Source: a virus (Duplodnaviria; Heunggongvirae; Uroviricota; Caudoviricetes). From it: DNA of 64,000 nucleotides. This document shows, in pieces, positions 48,415 to 58,910 of the stretch. Both the position numbers and the translations under genes were made by a program. The stretch lies in IMG/VR virus record IMGVR_UViG_3300010938_000017. One strand, given 5' to 3'. Numbering within the stretch: position 1 is the first letter of the stretch; the number at the start of each line of letters is the position of its first letter. A model generated the notes under the pieces. That model worked only from the letters and a program-made list of their open reading frames with translations, ran no database searches and had not been told where the DNA came from.

Positions 48415-48878
48415 TTATTCCACATTTGTTCCTTAGAGAAATCAAAGTGAAGTTTAGAATCCATAAAGTGATCTTCTCTCTCATCTCGAAAGACTTTACC
48501 TTCAGCTACACCTAACACAGTAAGACGAATACAATCTTGATGTTCTGATGGATGAGCTATCACTTCCATCCATTCGACCAATGTTCCTTTGTATGCACTG
48601 ACAGGAAGGAAACACTTCTGTACCTGGGCGTATTGCTCTCCATCAACATTATGAGCCTGACCATTTAGATCTACAGTAAAGAGTGAACCATCATTGTCAC
48701 GTCTAATTTCTACTTCACCAATACCTTTTTTACATATACCTTGTTTAGTAGCATCAACATTCAACACAATACCATATTGTTCATCAATACCAATTATCTT
48801 AGCATCTGGTCCAAGCTTATCATACTGGACTAAGCATATCCTGACAGTATCACCACGTTTAAAAGCAAAGTAATCCAT
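48399..48878 (-). CDS. hypothetical protein
   Basis: 159-aa ORF. Confidence 0.45.
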   Translation of the reverse strand: MDYFAFKRGDTVRICLVQYDKLGPDAKIIGIDEQYGIVLNVDATKQGICKKGIGEVEIRRDNDGSLFTVDLNGQAHNVDGEQYAQVQKCFLPVSAYKGTLVEWMEVIAHPSEHQDCIRLTVLGVAEGKVFRDEREDHFMDSKLHFDFSKEQMWNKWEKK

Positions 48879-49093
48879 TAAAAATACCTCATCGTGATTT
48901 GATCTAGTTCAATATTGTTACGTTTCAAATGCATAAACTTCTTTTCTTTACTAACAATTTCCATTACCACGTATCCAACTATTGCTTGAAAGTCTTTAAC
49001 ATTATTATGCTTTACTCGTAGGCCCTTGATCTTCTCCAGAAAGAAGCCGCTCTTATCAATATAATCTAATAGTAAAGACGTTTCCTTATTCAC
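48878..49093 (-). CDS. hypothetical protein
   Basis: 71-aa ORF. Confidence 0.35.
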   Translation of the reverse strand: MNKETSLLLDYIDKSGFFLEKIKGLRVKHNNVKDFQAIVGYVVMEIVSKEKKFMHLKRNNIELDQITMRYF

Positions 49094-49337
49094 AACTCTG
49101 CATCTTCTTTTGGTGAATAATAATATCAGTTAACATATCCCTAAAGCTTTCACATTCCTTAATCGTAAGCTTGCGTCTGTAATGTACTTTAGGATTAGGA
49201 CTGTCACAGCTATTAATCTTAATTACAATAGGTTCATCATGACATTTAGGTGCTGATTCAAGATAAATAATATTGTCATTATCATCTATTGCAATACTGT
49301 TTTCTTTCCAATACTGACTCATGCCGGTACCCACCAT
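49086..49337 (-). CDS. hypothetical protein
   Basis: 83-aa ORF. Confidence 0.35.
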   Translation of the reverse strand: MVGTGMSQYWKENSIAIDDNDNIIYLESAPKCHDEPIVIKINSCDSPNPKVHYRRKLTIKECESFRDMLTDIIIHQKKMQSCE

Positions 49338-49487
49338 ACTCTTATTTGATATCTATCTTCGTTAAGATGACCGTAGTGTTTATCCTTAATAGTCTCTACA
49401 TTAACAATCCTGATAGGGAACTTATCGAAAGCTTTACTAGCCTTTTCAAGACATTCACCCATTGTTTCGCCAGTAAAAACTTCTTCA

Positions 49488-49850
49488 TTAAGAATTCGTA
49501 TCATTGAAATCCCACCCGTAAACATTAGTAAACCATTGGCGGCAACGTTCAACACCATAAAAAACAATAACTTGGCGGATACGAATACCATGTAAAGGTT
49601 CATTAAGCATTTCAGGATTGTATAGTTTTTCTTTGAAAAGCTTGATTATGAGTGTCGGATTGTAAGTTTGAATCAGGTTGTTGATGTGAATCGTCAACTG
49701 ATAATCGAGCGGCTGCTGGCCCAGTGGGAAGCCTCCGATGCGGACTTCCCCCGTTCTCGGTTCAACGTTCAATTCTACAGCAATGGCAGGTTGCGGTCTT
49801 ACTTGAGTATCCACAAAATCCCCTCGGCTACGTAGATCACACAGATCCAC
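49488..49850 (-). CDS. hypothetical protein with GC-rich 5' half
   Basis: 120-aa ORF. Its first roughly 170 nt are about 55% GC against roughly 38% locally. It overlaps an alternative 94-aa ORF (49319-49603) in another frame. Confidence 0.35.
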   Translation of the reverse strand: MDLCDLRSRGDFVDTQVRPQPAIAVELNVEPRTGEVRIGGFPLGQQPLDYQLTIHINNLIQTYNPTLIIKLFKEKLYNPEMLNEPLHGIRIRQVIVFYGVERCRQWFTNVYGWDFNDTNS

Positions 49851-49901
49851 AATACAATTCCAGTCAACGTCATAAATTCCCCCCCCTGAGTTAATTAATA
49901 T

Positions 49902-50708
49902 TTAGTAATTATAACCATCGTCGCTGTTGTAGTAATCGTCGTCAGCTTCCAATTCATTGTATTCTTCATTTTCAAGATCAGCCATCATCTCTTCATTGTC
50001 CATGCGATACACTGGTTCAGTTCGCATTGCTTCACTTTTAGCTACAACCTCGAACTTACAGACGCGCATCTTTGTGCCGTTGTAATCAGTAGGAACAGCA
50101 ACCACATCTTTGGGATCAACTGCGACTTCAATCAACTGTGGACCAAAGCTTCGAGCGTAATCATAACAGGCTACATGCAACCCGTGGCTACAAGTATTGT
50201 TGGGATTGTCATCCACTTGATCTCGTGGCACTTCACAAACTTGGCCCACCGAGTTATCAAACTTGCCGGTATGTTGATCCTTGAAGTCTTTGGTTACACC
50301 ACGGTATGCGATGAACCGACCATCCTCAGTCAACGGATGCCCGTTGTGTTCAAGGAACGCATAGAGCATTTTTCGAGAATTGAATGAAGGGTTCTGCTTA
50401 AGGTTCTTCCAAAACTTGACCATGATATCAATGGGTAGTTGAGCTTCGACAAGTTGTAAGACTCGCTTACTCAGCGTCTCAGGCAGCGGTTCGTTGTCCA
50501 TGTGCAGAAGACCATCCTTCAACACTAGACCTCTCTTTGCAAAGGCAGCTTCGGTATCCATCAACTCAGGAATATCACCTAGTCGATTCTCACGAATACA
50601 AGCCACGATCTGTTCGAAGCGCGTATCCCCTTTACGGAATACACTAGTTCGACCATTATGATTAACCACTACTGAATCACCTAGCAAATGATAGTTAACT
50701 TGTTTCAT
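49902..50708 (-). CDS. rIIB: rIIB protein
   Basis: The C-terminus TCSHGLHVACYDYARSFG...DVVAVPTDYNGTKMRVCKFEVV aligns with T4 rIIB (TCSRGLHVCSKSYIRHFG...DVVSIPIDYNDAKMRTCQYEVV). Confidence 0.85.
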   Translation of the reverse strand: MKQVNYHLLGDSVVVNHNGRTSVFRKGDTRFEQIVACIRENRLGDIPELMDTEAAFAKRGLVLKDGLLHMDNEPLPETLSKRVLQLVEAQLPIDIMVKFWKNLKQNPSFNSRKMLYAFLEHNGHPLTEDGRFIAYRGVTKDFKDQHTGKFDNSVGQVCEVPRDQVDDNPNNTCSHGLHVACYDYARSFGPQLIEVAVDPKDVVAVPTDYNGTKMRVCKFEVVAKSEAMRTEPVYRMDNEEMMADLENEEYNELEADDDYYNSDDGYNY

Positions 50709-50730
50709 TCTTCTCTCTCCCTATGTTTAT

Positions 50731-50759
50731 CTATCGGTATCGTTCTTTAAAAACTTTAG
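50731..50759 (-). promoter_or_regulatory. conserved promoter-like element, copy 1 (upstream of rIIB)
   Basis: In the coding orientation it reads CTAAAGTTTTTAAAGAACGATACCGATAGATAAAC and is followed by the GGGAGAGAG Shine-Dalgarno and the ATG. Confidence 0.5.
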
Positions 50760-50761
50760 CA

Positions 50762-52789
50762 CTATTTTGAATTAATATATAAAGCTATGTCATCACTCAA
50801 CTTATTAAAGTTTGCATGGTTGATAGCATCTAACAACGGATACTCTTTAAGCTTCTTAGTCAACTCTGCATCCTCTTTATTAAACGTATCAACGTCCGGT
50901 TGCTGGCCAAATATCTTTAGTATCTTGGTAGGAATACTATCATATGTGGCTGATCTAGAGTCTACCATTATCTCTTTATACTCAGCAATCATTTTGTTTA
51001 AGAACTTATCTTTAATACCTGTAACGTTTAACAGACTACTCATCATATCGGTATTCTTAGCTTCCTTAAGCTTTAAGACAGCAACATCTTTCTTAGTAGC
51101 CTTTACCTTAGCTAATTGTGTCTCTAATGGTATGAAGTTTGCATCACCTTTAACCAGACTTATCGCCTGTTTCGATAAAGCACATACCTTAAAACCTTGA
51201 GCAGAGAAGTACGTGTCCATCTCATGTAATTCAGACTTGTTTATAAGATCAGTCTTCTCAACAAACAACCACTTAGTAGTATTCGATTCAGTACTAACTG
51301 TCAGCATTGTATGTCTGACGCGGTCCATTCGATGAACGATGAACTGTTTCTTTGTTCGTTCAACCTTCATCGACTCCCGAGCCTTACGATCCGGTTTGGT
51401 AAAAGCCAGTGAAGACAATGGCTTAAGACCTAAATCCTTCTTGACTTTATCAAACTCACCTTTATCATCCTTGTGCTTACTAAACAGAATGAGATGTTTG
51501 TTCGTCTTTAAAAAATCCTTGATACGATAATTCGTAATGACCATTGCCTCAGTCGTATCGTTGTAGTAAAGAGCATCGAAGTATACAGCGTTGATATAAG
51601 GCGTTGAATATGACCAGGAGTATCTCGTTTTCTTGAACAGATTATCCTTAAGCAAACTGTTGTTGGTCGGATGAAACTGACACTTATGAGCTATGATCTT
51701 TTCAAACAAAGGTGATTGAATTTGATTCTTAGCATCAACCGTATAGTCACCATACTTTCTAAAAGAATCCAGATTGTACTTATCCTTCAATGTCATGAAC
51801 GTAGTTAGATGCTCAAAGGGTGACGTAACTTTAGCAAACTCTTTCTTTAGTCTAGCCAAGATGTTCTTGTGTGCTTCAGCCGCGATCTTATCCAGGTTAT
51901 CTAAAGTGTATTTAGAATCGGAGATCTCTTCACGAGATGCACCGACTTCAATCTCACCGTTACCAACGTGAAGAACTATGTTTGAAGTTACACTCTCTTT
52001 TAACAATTTTAAGTTAGGGCACGAAGCAATAAGAGATTCACCTGCCACATAAGGAATACCATCAATTGAGATAACAATCTTTTTACCGTAATGATCGGCG
52101 ATGTAATTTGGCAACTCCGTACACAACTCAACGTTACCAATAGTTTCGCCTTGGACACGAGGAACTACTTCCTCCTTAGTAAAACCTTTTAAGATCGGTT
52201 GTTCTTTCTCAGGCCAGAAGTATACAGCACGACGAGCCGCATTCTTAAACTCTTCAACATCCTTCGGACTAACTGGAATCTGAATCTCTGTTCCATTCGG
52301 CTGATCGGTGTTAGCCTCTCCTAAATAATCCAAACGTCCGTTGTTATTCGCTCCGATATGGGCAATGTAAGTACGTTGTACCCCATCGATGTATGTAACA
52401 ACCGTAAACGATTCGGTGTAGGACCATGCCGATTTCGCACCAATGCCGAAGCCGCCAGTCTCTTTGTTCGACTTATCCTTAGTCGAAGCATCATACTTGA
52501 TGAAGACATTCAACATCCTGTCAGGGGTAATGCCAGGACCAAAGTCACGAACCTTAAACGTTGGTGTGAAAATTGTGGGCACAGTAATCTCAATGCGGTC
52601 GGAGGAACCTAACTCCCTCATCGCATCACGAGCATTACAAATATACTCTTGGCTTGGTGTACGAACTTTAAACTTGTACATTTTGTTACGAAGAATCTCA
52701 ATGATCTTTGAAGTATCACCAATTGAAAACTCTTGACTGGTGAACTGAGCGTTAGTCTCAAGTGTTTTTTGTGTTTGATTCAATTTCAT
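50762..52789 (-). CDS. rIIA: rIIA protein
   Basis: The N-terminus FSIGDTSKIIEIL...FKVRDFGPGIT...GGFGIGAKSAWSY aligns with T4 rIIA (FSITASPKVFKIL...FVCRDFGPGMS...GGFGLGSKSPFSY). Confidence 0.85.
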   Translation of the reverse strand: MKLNQTQKTLETNAQFTSQEFSIGDTSKIIEILRNKMYKFKVRTPSQEYICNARDAMRELGSSDRIEITVPTIFTPTFKVRDFGPGITPDRMLNVFIKYDASTKDKSNKETGGFGIGAKSAWSYTESFTVVTYIDGVQRTYIAHIGANNNGRLDYLGEANTDQPNGTEIQIPVSPKDVEEFKNAARRAVYFWPEKEQPILKGFTKEEVVPRVQGETIGNVELCTELPNYIADHYGKKIVISIDGIPYVAGESLIASCPNLKLLKESVTSNIVLHVGNGEIEVGASREEISDSKYTLDNLDKIAAEAHKNILARLKKEFAKVTSPFEHLTTFMTLKDKYNLDSFRKYGDYTVDAKNQIQSPLFEKIIAHKCQFHPTNNSLLKDNLFKKTRYSWSYSTPYINAVYFDALYYNDTTEAMVITNYRIKDFLKTNKHLILFSKHKDDKGEFDKVKKDLGLKPLSSLAFTKPDRKARESMKVERTKKQFIVHRMDRVRHTMLTVSTESNTTKWLFVEKTDLINKSELHEMDTYFSAQGFKVCALSKQAISLVKGDANFIPLETQLAKVKATKKDVAVLKLKEAKNTDMMSSLLNVTGIKDKFLNKMIAEYKEIMVDSRSATYDSIPTKILKIFGQQPDVDTFNKEDAELTKKLKEYPLLDAINHANFNKLSDDIALYINSK

Positions 52790-53128
52790 GCAATCTCCTT
52801 AAACTCAATCTCATTTTTAATCCACCAACGTATTACAACTGTCAAAACTTTCGTAAACTACTGTTTAGTTTGCGACTCAGTTTGAGGCGTTCCCCAGACT
52901 CAAAGCGAAACACACGTAACTAATGTTGATTGATACAACCAATATCCAGAAGATAGGACTAGCTGGGATGTTAGTTATAAAGTGTTGAGCAACTGCAATA
53001 ATAAAAGACAATACAGTAAGAGATACAATCCGTTTAATATGTTTCATATGTTCCTTTAAAAGAAGTTCGTTTTTGTTTTACTCTAAGAACGAACTAAACT
53101 TAGGACTTGAGCCTGGGGACACAGGCTA

Positions 53129-53389
53129 CTATTTTACTTCATAAAATTGTTTATTGATATTCAAACTACTTACTGTCTCAAGATTAACCATACGGTAATC
53201 TTTGGCTTGCATGTCAAAGACAGTGATCAAGTTATAGTCACTTGGATCATAGGTCAAGCCGTTACCATTAGTCTTATTTGAAACACCAAGTCTACAATTC
53301 ATCTTCCTTACTTCACCATCCTTCTTAGTAAAAGTTACTGTAAAGATCTTACCATTTGATTTAGTGATCAAATCCTTTGCCTGTTCCAA
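53129..53389 (-). CDS. hypothetical protein
   Basis: 86-aa ORF. Confidence 0.4.
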   Translation of the reverse strand: MEQAKDLITKSNGKIFTVTFTKKDGEVRKMNCRLGVSNKTNGNGLTYDPSDYNLITVFDMQAKDYRMVNLETVSSLNINKQFYEVK

Positions 53390-53654
53390 ATCAAGAATGT
53401 TTGCATTAGCTTCTGTCTTCTTATTAACCTTAGCCTTAGAAACTTTTACTTCTTCTTTATCATAACCAAGACAACTAACAGTACCGTCTCGTTTCAGGAT
53501 ATATGTATATTCCTGTCCACAATCTGAGTCGTAGGGAACAACCTAATCAATCCAGCAGTTGTTCTCATTTTGAGATTCCACTTAATAGTCGGTACCACAA
53601 CAGTAGGAAACTTCGCCTTGAACTGAGATACAACCCTATCAATGATATCCCGTT

Positions 53655-53855
53655 TCATAACACTTCAATCTTTTCTTCTTCAATACAACCCATGTCAATA
53701 TATCTTACTTTAGATACATTAAACTTTAAGAACGTATCAATCTTAGATAGAGTCTCAACTTGAAACAACTCCAATTGTTTCTTAGTAGGTTTAATAAAGT
53801 AATGTTCTTTAACTAAACAGTTACCAAACAAATCAACCGCTTCAATTTTATACAT
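53655..53855 (-). CDS. hypothetical protein
   Basis: 66-aa ORF with a Shine-Dalgarno; promoter-element copy 2 lies upstream. Confidence 0.4.
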   Translation of the reverse strand: MYKIEAVDLFGNCLVKEHYFIKPTKKQLELFQVETLSKIDTFLKFNVSKVRYIDMGCIEEEKIEVL

Positions 53856-53870
53856 ATCATATCCCTTTTG

Positions 53871-54425
53871 TTAAGAGCTACAAACACCGTACACTAGCCA
53901 GCGTAACTCTCTACTATTCTTATCGGCTTTCTTTTGTAGAACTTTAGCCTCATCTGAAATTTTCTTATTAACTAATGCAAGTTTATTATTAAGCGATTGT
54001 TCCTTATTAGTATATGTATTAGATGCAAACGAACCATCACATATTGGACAACGTAACGTTCTGGTACGGAATCGTGTATCAAGTTGAGACTTACAATGTG
54101 AACACTTAATAAACTCAACCGCTTTTAACTTCGACTCAACATGAGACGCTTTTTCAGTTCGTAACAATCTAATCTCTTCTTCAATTTTGAGACGTTGCTC
54201 TTTAAGACGTTTCAGTTTAGCACTCTCTTTAATTTTATTGCTTGTCTTAAATTGAGCCGCTAATGCATCACCCCATTTTTTTGCATTATTAGCACAATAA
54301 TCATACGCCTCATTTAGGGATTCGAATGTCTTATTAGTAAACGTTAATCCTGTACACATATTGAGAATAAGAGTTACCAGACTCATATTTACATTCATCT
54401 TGATACTCTTTAAACTTTGCCTCAA
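53871..54425 (-). CDS. zinc-ribbon / coiled-coil protein (start uncertain)
   Basis: Zinc-ribbon motif CSHCKSQLD...CPICDGSF. The longest ORF begins at a TTG; probable ATG starts lie at 54398 or 54385. Confidence 0.4.
   Translation of the reverse strand: MRQSLKSIKMNVNMSLVTLILNMCTGLTFTNKTFESLNEAYDYCANNAKKWGDALAAQFKTSNKIKESAKLKRLKEQRLKIEEEIRLLRTEKASHVESKLKAVEFIKCSHCKSQLDTRFRTRTLRCPICDGSFASNTYTNKEQSLNNKLALVNKKISDEAKVLQKKADKNSRELRWLVYGVCSS
53918..53947 (-). promoter_or_regulatory. conserved promoter-like element, copy 2 (diverged)
   Basis: The coding orientation reads CTAAAGTTCTACAAAAGAAAGCCGATAAGAATAG. It overlaps the 3' end of the upstream gene. Confidence 0.4.
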
Positions 54426-54507
54426 CTTGAGACATTGTTAATTTGCCGTCAAGTTCAATAGAATCGTCGCAAGCTCCCATATAATTCCTCCGTCTCATTT
54501 TGAAACG

Positions 54508-54753
54508 TTAGTCGCTCGTGTCCCAGTCTGAATCAATTAGTGTTAACTGACCATCTGCTTCAATATAAAACAATCCTGTTCCCCATTTGGCACGTTTAGG
54601 TCTTGTCTCAAATTCATCCACATAAACGTCTCGATGTAAGACACCTAATTTTTCTAATGCAGGATCAATTGATTCAATATGAAACGGTCGTGGCATATAG
54701 TTTAAAACGTGCTGACCTAATTGAATGTATCTCATTATGATACCTTTGCCCAC
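54508..54753 (-). CDS. hypothetical protein
   Basis: 81-aa ORF. Confidence 0.4.
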   Translation of the reverse strand: MGKGIIMRYIQLGQHVLNYMPRPFHIESIDPALEKLGVLHRDVYVDEFETRPKRAKWGTGLFYIEADGQLTLIDSDWDTSD

Positions 54754-55412
54754 TTCGTATTAGTATAAGATTTTGTCCCATGATAGCACAGTCCCACTTT
54801 GGGATTGTTACCCATAGCTGTTACCATATCATCTTGAGTCGCATCACTATAACCCGCTGTCTTAAGTTGAGACACTGTCTCAAATACACGCGAATGAAAA
54901 TCTTTATTAATATCAATTAGAGAATCCTGTTTGCCTCCAAATGAGAATATAACTCGGAAGTTCTTAGGAATACGTTTCTCACTTTGATACTGTTTGAACA
55001 TCTTAACTTGTTTAGTATAGGCATAAAATGATACAGTACTCGTTGACTCAAATCGACACATGATCATTAGCCACTTATCAAGATATGTCTCATTATAGAA
55101 ATCACCAGCATCGTGGATTCTCACTTTGAGATGCTTAGTGTTTCTCTTATTGATCCACTTTTCAATCTCAGCAATCATATCAGTAACGAACGTATCAGTT
55201 TGAGTTAATGCTAATTTAGCTTCGTGTGCTTTTGAGACATTGTTCCAAATGTAGGCACCTTGTTTAGCATAACAACCCGCAGCACATAATCCCGCATTGG
55301 GACATGTCTTAAGACCTGTCTTAGATTGAAACGCTGGTATCGTCCAGTTCACTACAGTAATCCCATTTTGAGACGACTTCTTCATCTTTGCGTTTTGTGT
55401 TAACAATTCCAT
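54735..55412 (-). CDS. hypothetical protein with Cys cluster (CPNAGLCAAGCYA)
   Basis: 225-aa ORF with an AAGGAGG Shine-Dalgarno; promoter copy 3 lies upstream. Confidence 0.5.
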   Translation of the reverse strand: MELLTQNAKMKKSSQNGITVVNWTIPAFQSKTGLKTCPNAGLCAAGCYAKQGAYIWNNVSKAHEAKLALTQTDTFVTDMIAEIEKWINKRNTKHLKVRIHDAGDFYNETYLDKWLMIMCRFESTSTVSFYAYTKQVKMFKQYQSEKRIPKNFRVIFSFGGKQDSLIDINKDFHSRVFETVSQLKTAGYSDATQDDMVTAMGNNPKVGLCYHGTKSYTNTKWAKVS

Positions 55413-55428
55413 GTGTCCTCCTTACAAT

Positions 55429-55461
55429 ATAACTTATCGGTATTATTCTAGAAAACTTTAG
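55429..55461 (-). promoter_or_regulatory. conserved promoter-like element, copy 3
   Basis: The coding orientation reads CTAAAGTTTTCTAGAATAATACCGATAAGTTATATTGT, followed by AAGGAGG and the ATG. Confidence 0.55.
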
Positions 55462-55523
55462 GACTAAATCAACTATTTTTCTGTATCATTTCGAGGCGCT
55501 TCCCCCGTTTCATTCTGATACGA

Positions 55524-55949
55524 TCAGTTCCCAAAGTGAGATGCTATAACTGATTTAGCAAACAAATGACCATCATCCCTAATACGCTCAAGCGTCTCAT
55601 TAAGATCCACAGGATGATATAGATTGTATTGTTTTGTGTCAACTCCAGCCGCCTCAACTTGATACTTACTCATCTCAAAACAGACCGTTAGTTCAATAAC
55701 TCCTTTTGAGGCACGAGGAAACTCTTGTCTCATACTGGGTCGTGCATAACTTGGTACGCCTCGAACTGATACGGCATCAAGTACAACATTCTTAATTTGA
55801 GCCATGCCAGCCTCAAGAGGATTCTGTTTCTTTTTGATACGGTTAAATTCTTTTGCATCAAATTGAATCACTACAGCCAGTTCATAGCCATCTTGTCCAT
55901 AGCCACGCTGTCTCTGAATGACACCTTTCATCGATTTAATATAATTCAT
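55524..55949 (-). CDS. hypothetical protein
   Basis: 141-aa ORF; promoter copy 4 lies upstream. Confidence 0.45.
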   Translation of the reverse strand: MNYIKSMKGVIQRQRGYGQDGYELAVVIQFDAKEFNRIKKKQNPLEAGMAQIKNVVLDAVSVRGVPSYARPSMRQEFPRASKGVIELTVCFEMSKYQVEAAGVDTKQYNLYHPVDLNETLERIRDDGHLFAKSVIASHFGN

Positions 55950-55962
55950 GTTGTCCCCTTAT

Positions 55963-55996
55963 AATAACTTATCGGTCAACTCTCAAAAAACTTTAG
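55963..55996 (-). promoter_or_regulatory. conserved promoter-like element, copy 4
   Basis: CTAAAGTTTTTTGAGAGTTGACCGATAAGTTATTATAAGGGG, followed by the ATG. Confidence 0.55.
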
Positions 55997-56289
55997 AGCT
56001 AAATTGAGATCTTTACAAATAACAGCGACCACATTTGATACTATCATAATAGTACACTGTCTCAGCATGGGCCATATACTCTTCATCACATTTCCAACAG
56101 CCCACTTTGATACGTTTACCAGTGCCGCGATAATATCGATATAAGACCATAAGCTTAAAAGCCTTGTATCAAATATAGACACGCGATCTACCATATAGAT
56201 TTCTTGATGCCAAATATAAAAACTGTTTCATAATAGAACGCTTAATAATGGGGCGACTTGATAATATCGCCCTAATCTCTTGTTTCATA

Positions 56290-56661
56290 TTAATACAACT
56301 TTTCTTGTACACAATCGTACACATAAGAACTGTCTTCATTTAATACGTCTAATTCTTCGTCAGTCATTTCCCTGCCTTGATATGAGGCGCTTGCAATAAA
56401 AGCATCACAAAAGTCAGGATAGTCTCGTATATCAATACCATCCACTTCAACATCCTCAATTTGAGAATAGTCCAGTTTGATACGTTCTCTAATAGGACCA
56501 TGTGTAAATAGACGAATCTTGTTTTGATCCATTGCTTCAAATCGAGACACCCAACGTTTGTATCCTGCCTCTGTCTTAAATTTAAACGTTCGTCCCTCTG
56601 TGAAACGCTCACGCGGTACCATCACCTTAATCACATACCCTATAATTTTTCGTTCTGTCAT
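56290..56661 (-). CDS. hypothetical protein
   Basis: 123-aa ORF; promoter copy 5 lies upstream. Confidence 0.45.
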   Translation of the reverse strand: MTERKIIGYVIKVMVPRERFTEGRTFKFKTEAGYKRWVSRFEAMDQNKIRLFTHGPIRERIKLDYSQIEDVEVDGIDIRDYPDFCDAFIASASYQGREMTDEELDVLNEDSSYVYDCVQEKLY

Positions 56662-56670
56662 ATGTCCTCC

Positions 56671-56707
56671 ATATATATACTGATCGGTATCTTATCAGAA
56701 AACTTTA
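56671..56707 (-). promoter_or_regulatory. conserved promoter-like element, copy 5
   Basis: CTAAAGTTTTCTGATAAGATACCGATCAGTATATATATGGAGG, followed by the ATG. Confidence 0.55.
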
Positions 56708-56806
56708 GTCAAAAACCACATTTATTTTCGTCTCACTTTGAGGCGTTAAGGGAACGCCTCAAATAGAGATGGACTAAGGTATCTCATATTAAGACACCTT
56801 AACTAT

Positions 56807-57004
56807 CTAAGACACCTTAACTATAAGACCATCTTTCATGGTCACTTGAGCGTACCATTTCCGAACGTATGGAGATGGGCCAACGACACAAAATGAGCCG
56901 TTTTCTTTATATTCAGGACCAAACATAGATGTCTCAGTATAATTCAACGGTTTCCCAATTTGAGACTTCAACTCTTTTTTCGTTTTATAATTAGCACCCA
57001 TCAT
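56807..57004 (-). CDS. hypothetical protein
   Basis: 65-aa ORF with an AAGGAGG Shine-Dalgarno. It is preceded by a 155-nt leader downstream of promoter copy 6. Confidence 0.45.
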   Translation of the reverse strand: MMGANYKTKKELKSQIGKPLNYTETSMFGPEYKENGSFCVVGPSPYVRKWYAQVTMKDGLIVKVS

Positions 57005-57160
57005 GGAACGCCTCCTTTTGATACAGTTATTATTCTTCGTATGAATATGGATCGTCTCTCAAAATAAAACAACCTGCATTCCGGTTGACCGAAGATAGAC
57101 GCATATCAGTCCTATCGATTAGTCTGGCCACCGCTTACCGGCTTACCATCACCGCGCTTA

Positions 57161-57195
57161 CATATAATTTATCGGTGTCTTTTCGTAAAACTTTA
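57161..57195 (-). promoter_or_regulatory. conserved promoter-like element, copy 6
   Basis: CTAAAGTTTTACGAAAAGACACCGATAAATTATATGT. Confidence 0.5.
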
Positions 57196-58305
57196 GCAAT
57201 ATATTAACTATTTTATTGACTCATAACGATACATGCATCAAAATGGGATTAACAACTGAATGTGAACGAACCATCTTGAGACAAGGCCCGTATTGTCTCA
57301 TTTTGAGCCGTTCCTAAATGAAACATAAGGAAATGTGTCATTTTAAAGCAATCAACATAATAGTTCGTCCCATATCAAGGTGTTTGATTGTGAGTGTATT
57401 AAAACTAATCGTATTGTAATGATACGACTCATTTCGAGACTAATCCTGCTGTGGTACGTCTCAAGGTGAATGAGCTAAAATGTGACATATTCGTGACCAC
57501 CTATTGAATGTCTCACTTTAATACAACTAGCCTATTATGAGGCCTAGTATCATAACGAGAATAAAGTGTATTAATTCGAGACTTAACCCTCTCTAATGGA
57601 TTTTTTTAACTATAATATAAAATGTTATTAAGTTTAACCTATTTAAGATAATATATAACACAATCCTGATGAGAATTAGCTTATTTAACTTGAAATAATA
57701 TATATTTCATCTAATAGAGTATATTAACTTATCCTGAAATGATACAGTAAACTATATTGAATCTGAAGTGAAATCAATACGTTATCACATCTAATGTAAA
57801 GCATTGTAAAAGCATCTACAATAGAGTATATAATGAATGTATTAATACCTATTAAGACTGTATCTTTTTCTATAAATCACATATAACAGCTAAAAACTAA
57901 TAAATTGTCACGGATAAGTGTCTCAAAATGGTATTTTGGCATCTTATTTGCAGGATAATGGTGTGTCTCACTATAGATACACTTTAAAATCGCTATATTA
58001 AGCTATAAACGCTTAGTGTATAATCATTTTACGCTCCAAAATGAGTCATTTATCCTGTGTATTAACCTTAGAATAGGCTATATTAGTGCCTACAATGACA
58101 TATGAGAGGCGTAGCCTGAACGGGGTCACTGGGGGTCACTCGGTAACATCATTTTAAATACCTATTTCTACTACGTTTTTAATACATGTTACTCAATGAC
58201 ACCAGGTTCGGGTTTCAATATGATACAGGCACAATTCTTGCAAATACAAAAACCATGCCATGTCTCATTTTGATCCTCCGTCTCAAATTGATACGTTTAA
58301 TTTAG

Positions 58306-58345
58306 ATACAAAAAAACCCTGTACCATTGCGATACAGGGTAAAAC
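58306..58345 (-). terminator. Rho-independent terminator
   Basis: The minus strand reads CCCTGTAtcgcaatggTACAGGG followed by T7, just downstream of the stop at 58371. Confidence 0.65.
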
Positions 58346-58370
58346 TTGTGTATTAACACCTATGGGACGA

Positions 58371-58595
58371 CTAGGCTACACGTTTTTTATTGAGAAAATC
58401 AACCTTAATAACATTATGGTCGTTTTTAAGACGCTTATGGATTTTAGCCATCTGAAATTTAGCTATAGCCATTTCTTTACTCCAATATGAGATAGCATAC
58501 TGATCGCCTGTCTCACATTTACATTGTAACGCCGTACCACACTGAGAAATCCTTTGGGCCAAAATATTTAATGCACCGATATAATACTGTCTCAT
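58371..58595 (-). CDS. hypothetical protein
   Basis: 74-aa ORF with a GAGGGAG Shine-Dalgarno and an ATGAGACAG start. Confidence 0.45.
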   Translation of the reverse strand: MRQYYIGALNILAQRISQCGTALQCKCETGDQYAISYWSKEMAIAKFQMAKIHKRLKNDHNVIKVDFLNKKRVA

Positions 58596-58910
58596 TTTGA
58601 AACTCCCTCTTCTTTAAGTATGTGTCTCACTTAAAAACGCTTTTAAATCTTAATTTGAGACAATAATTTATCAATTAACTCTTGTCTCATATTAGCCCAC
58701 CTCGTCCAAGGTCTCAAAATCGTCCACATTCTCAAAATAGTCCTCAATCTCAAATAGAGACTCTTCATCTAGGAACGTAACATCCTGAGACAGTTTCTCT
58801 ACTAATTCTGCTTTCTCAGTTTCAGTCAATTGGTATACATTTACATCATGTTTCATAACGAGTCGTCCCCTTTTCGTTAATGTTTATTCACTTAATTCTT
58901 AACTGCCTGA

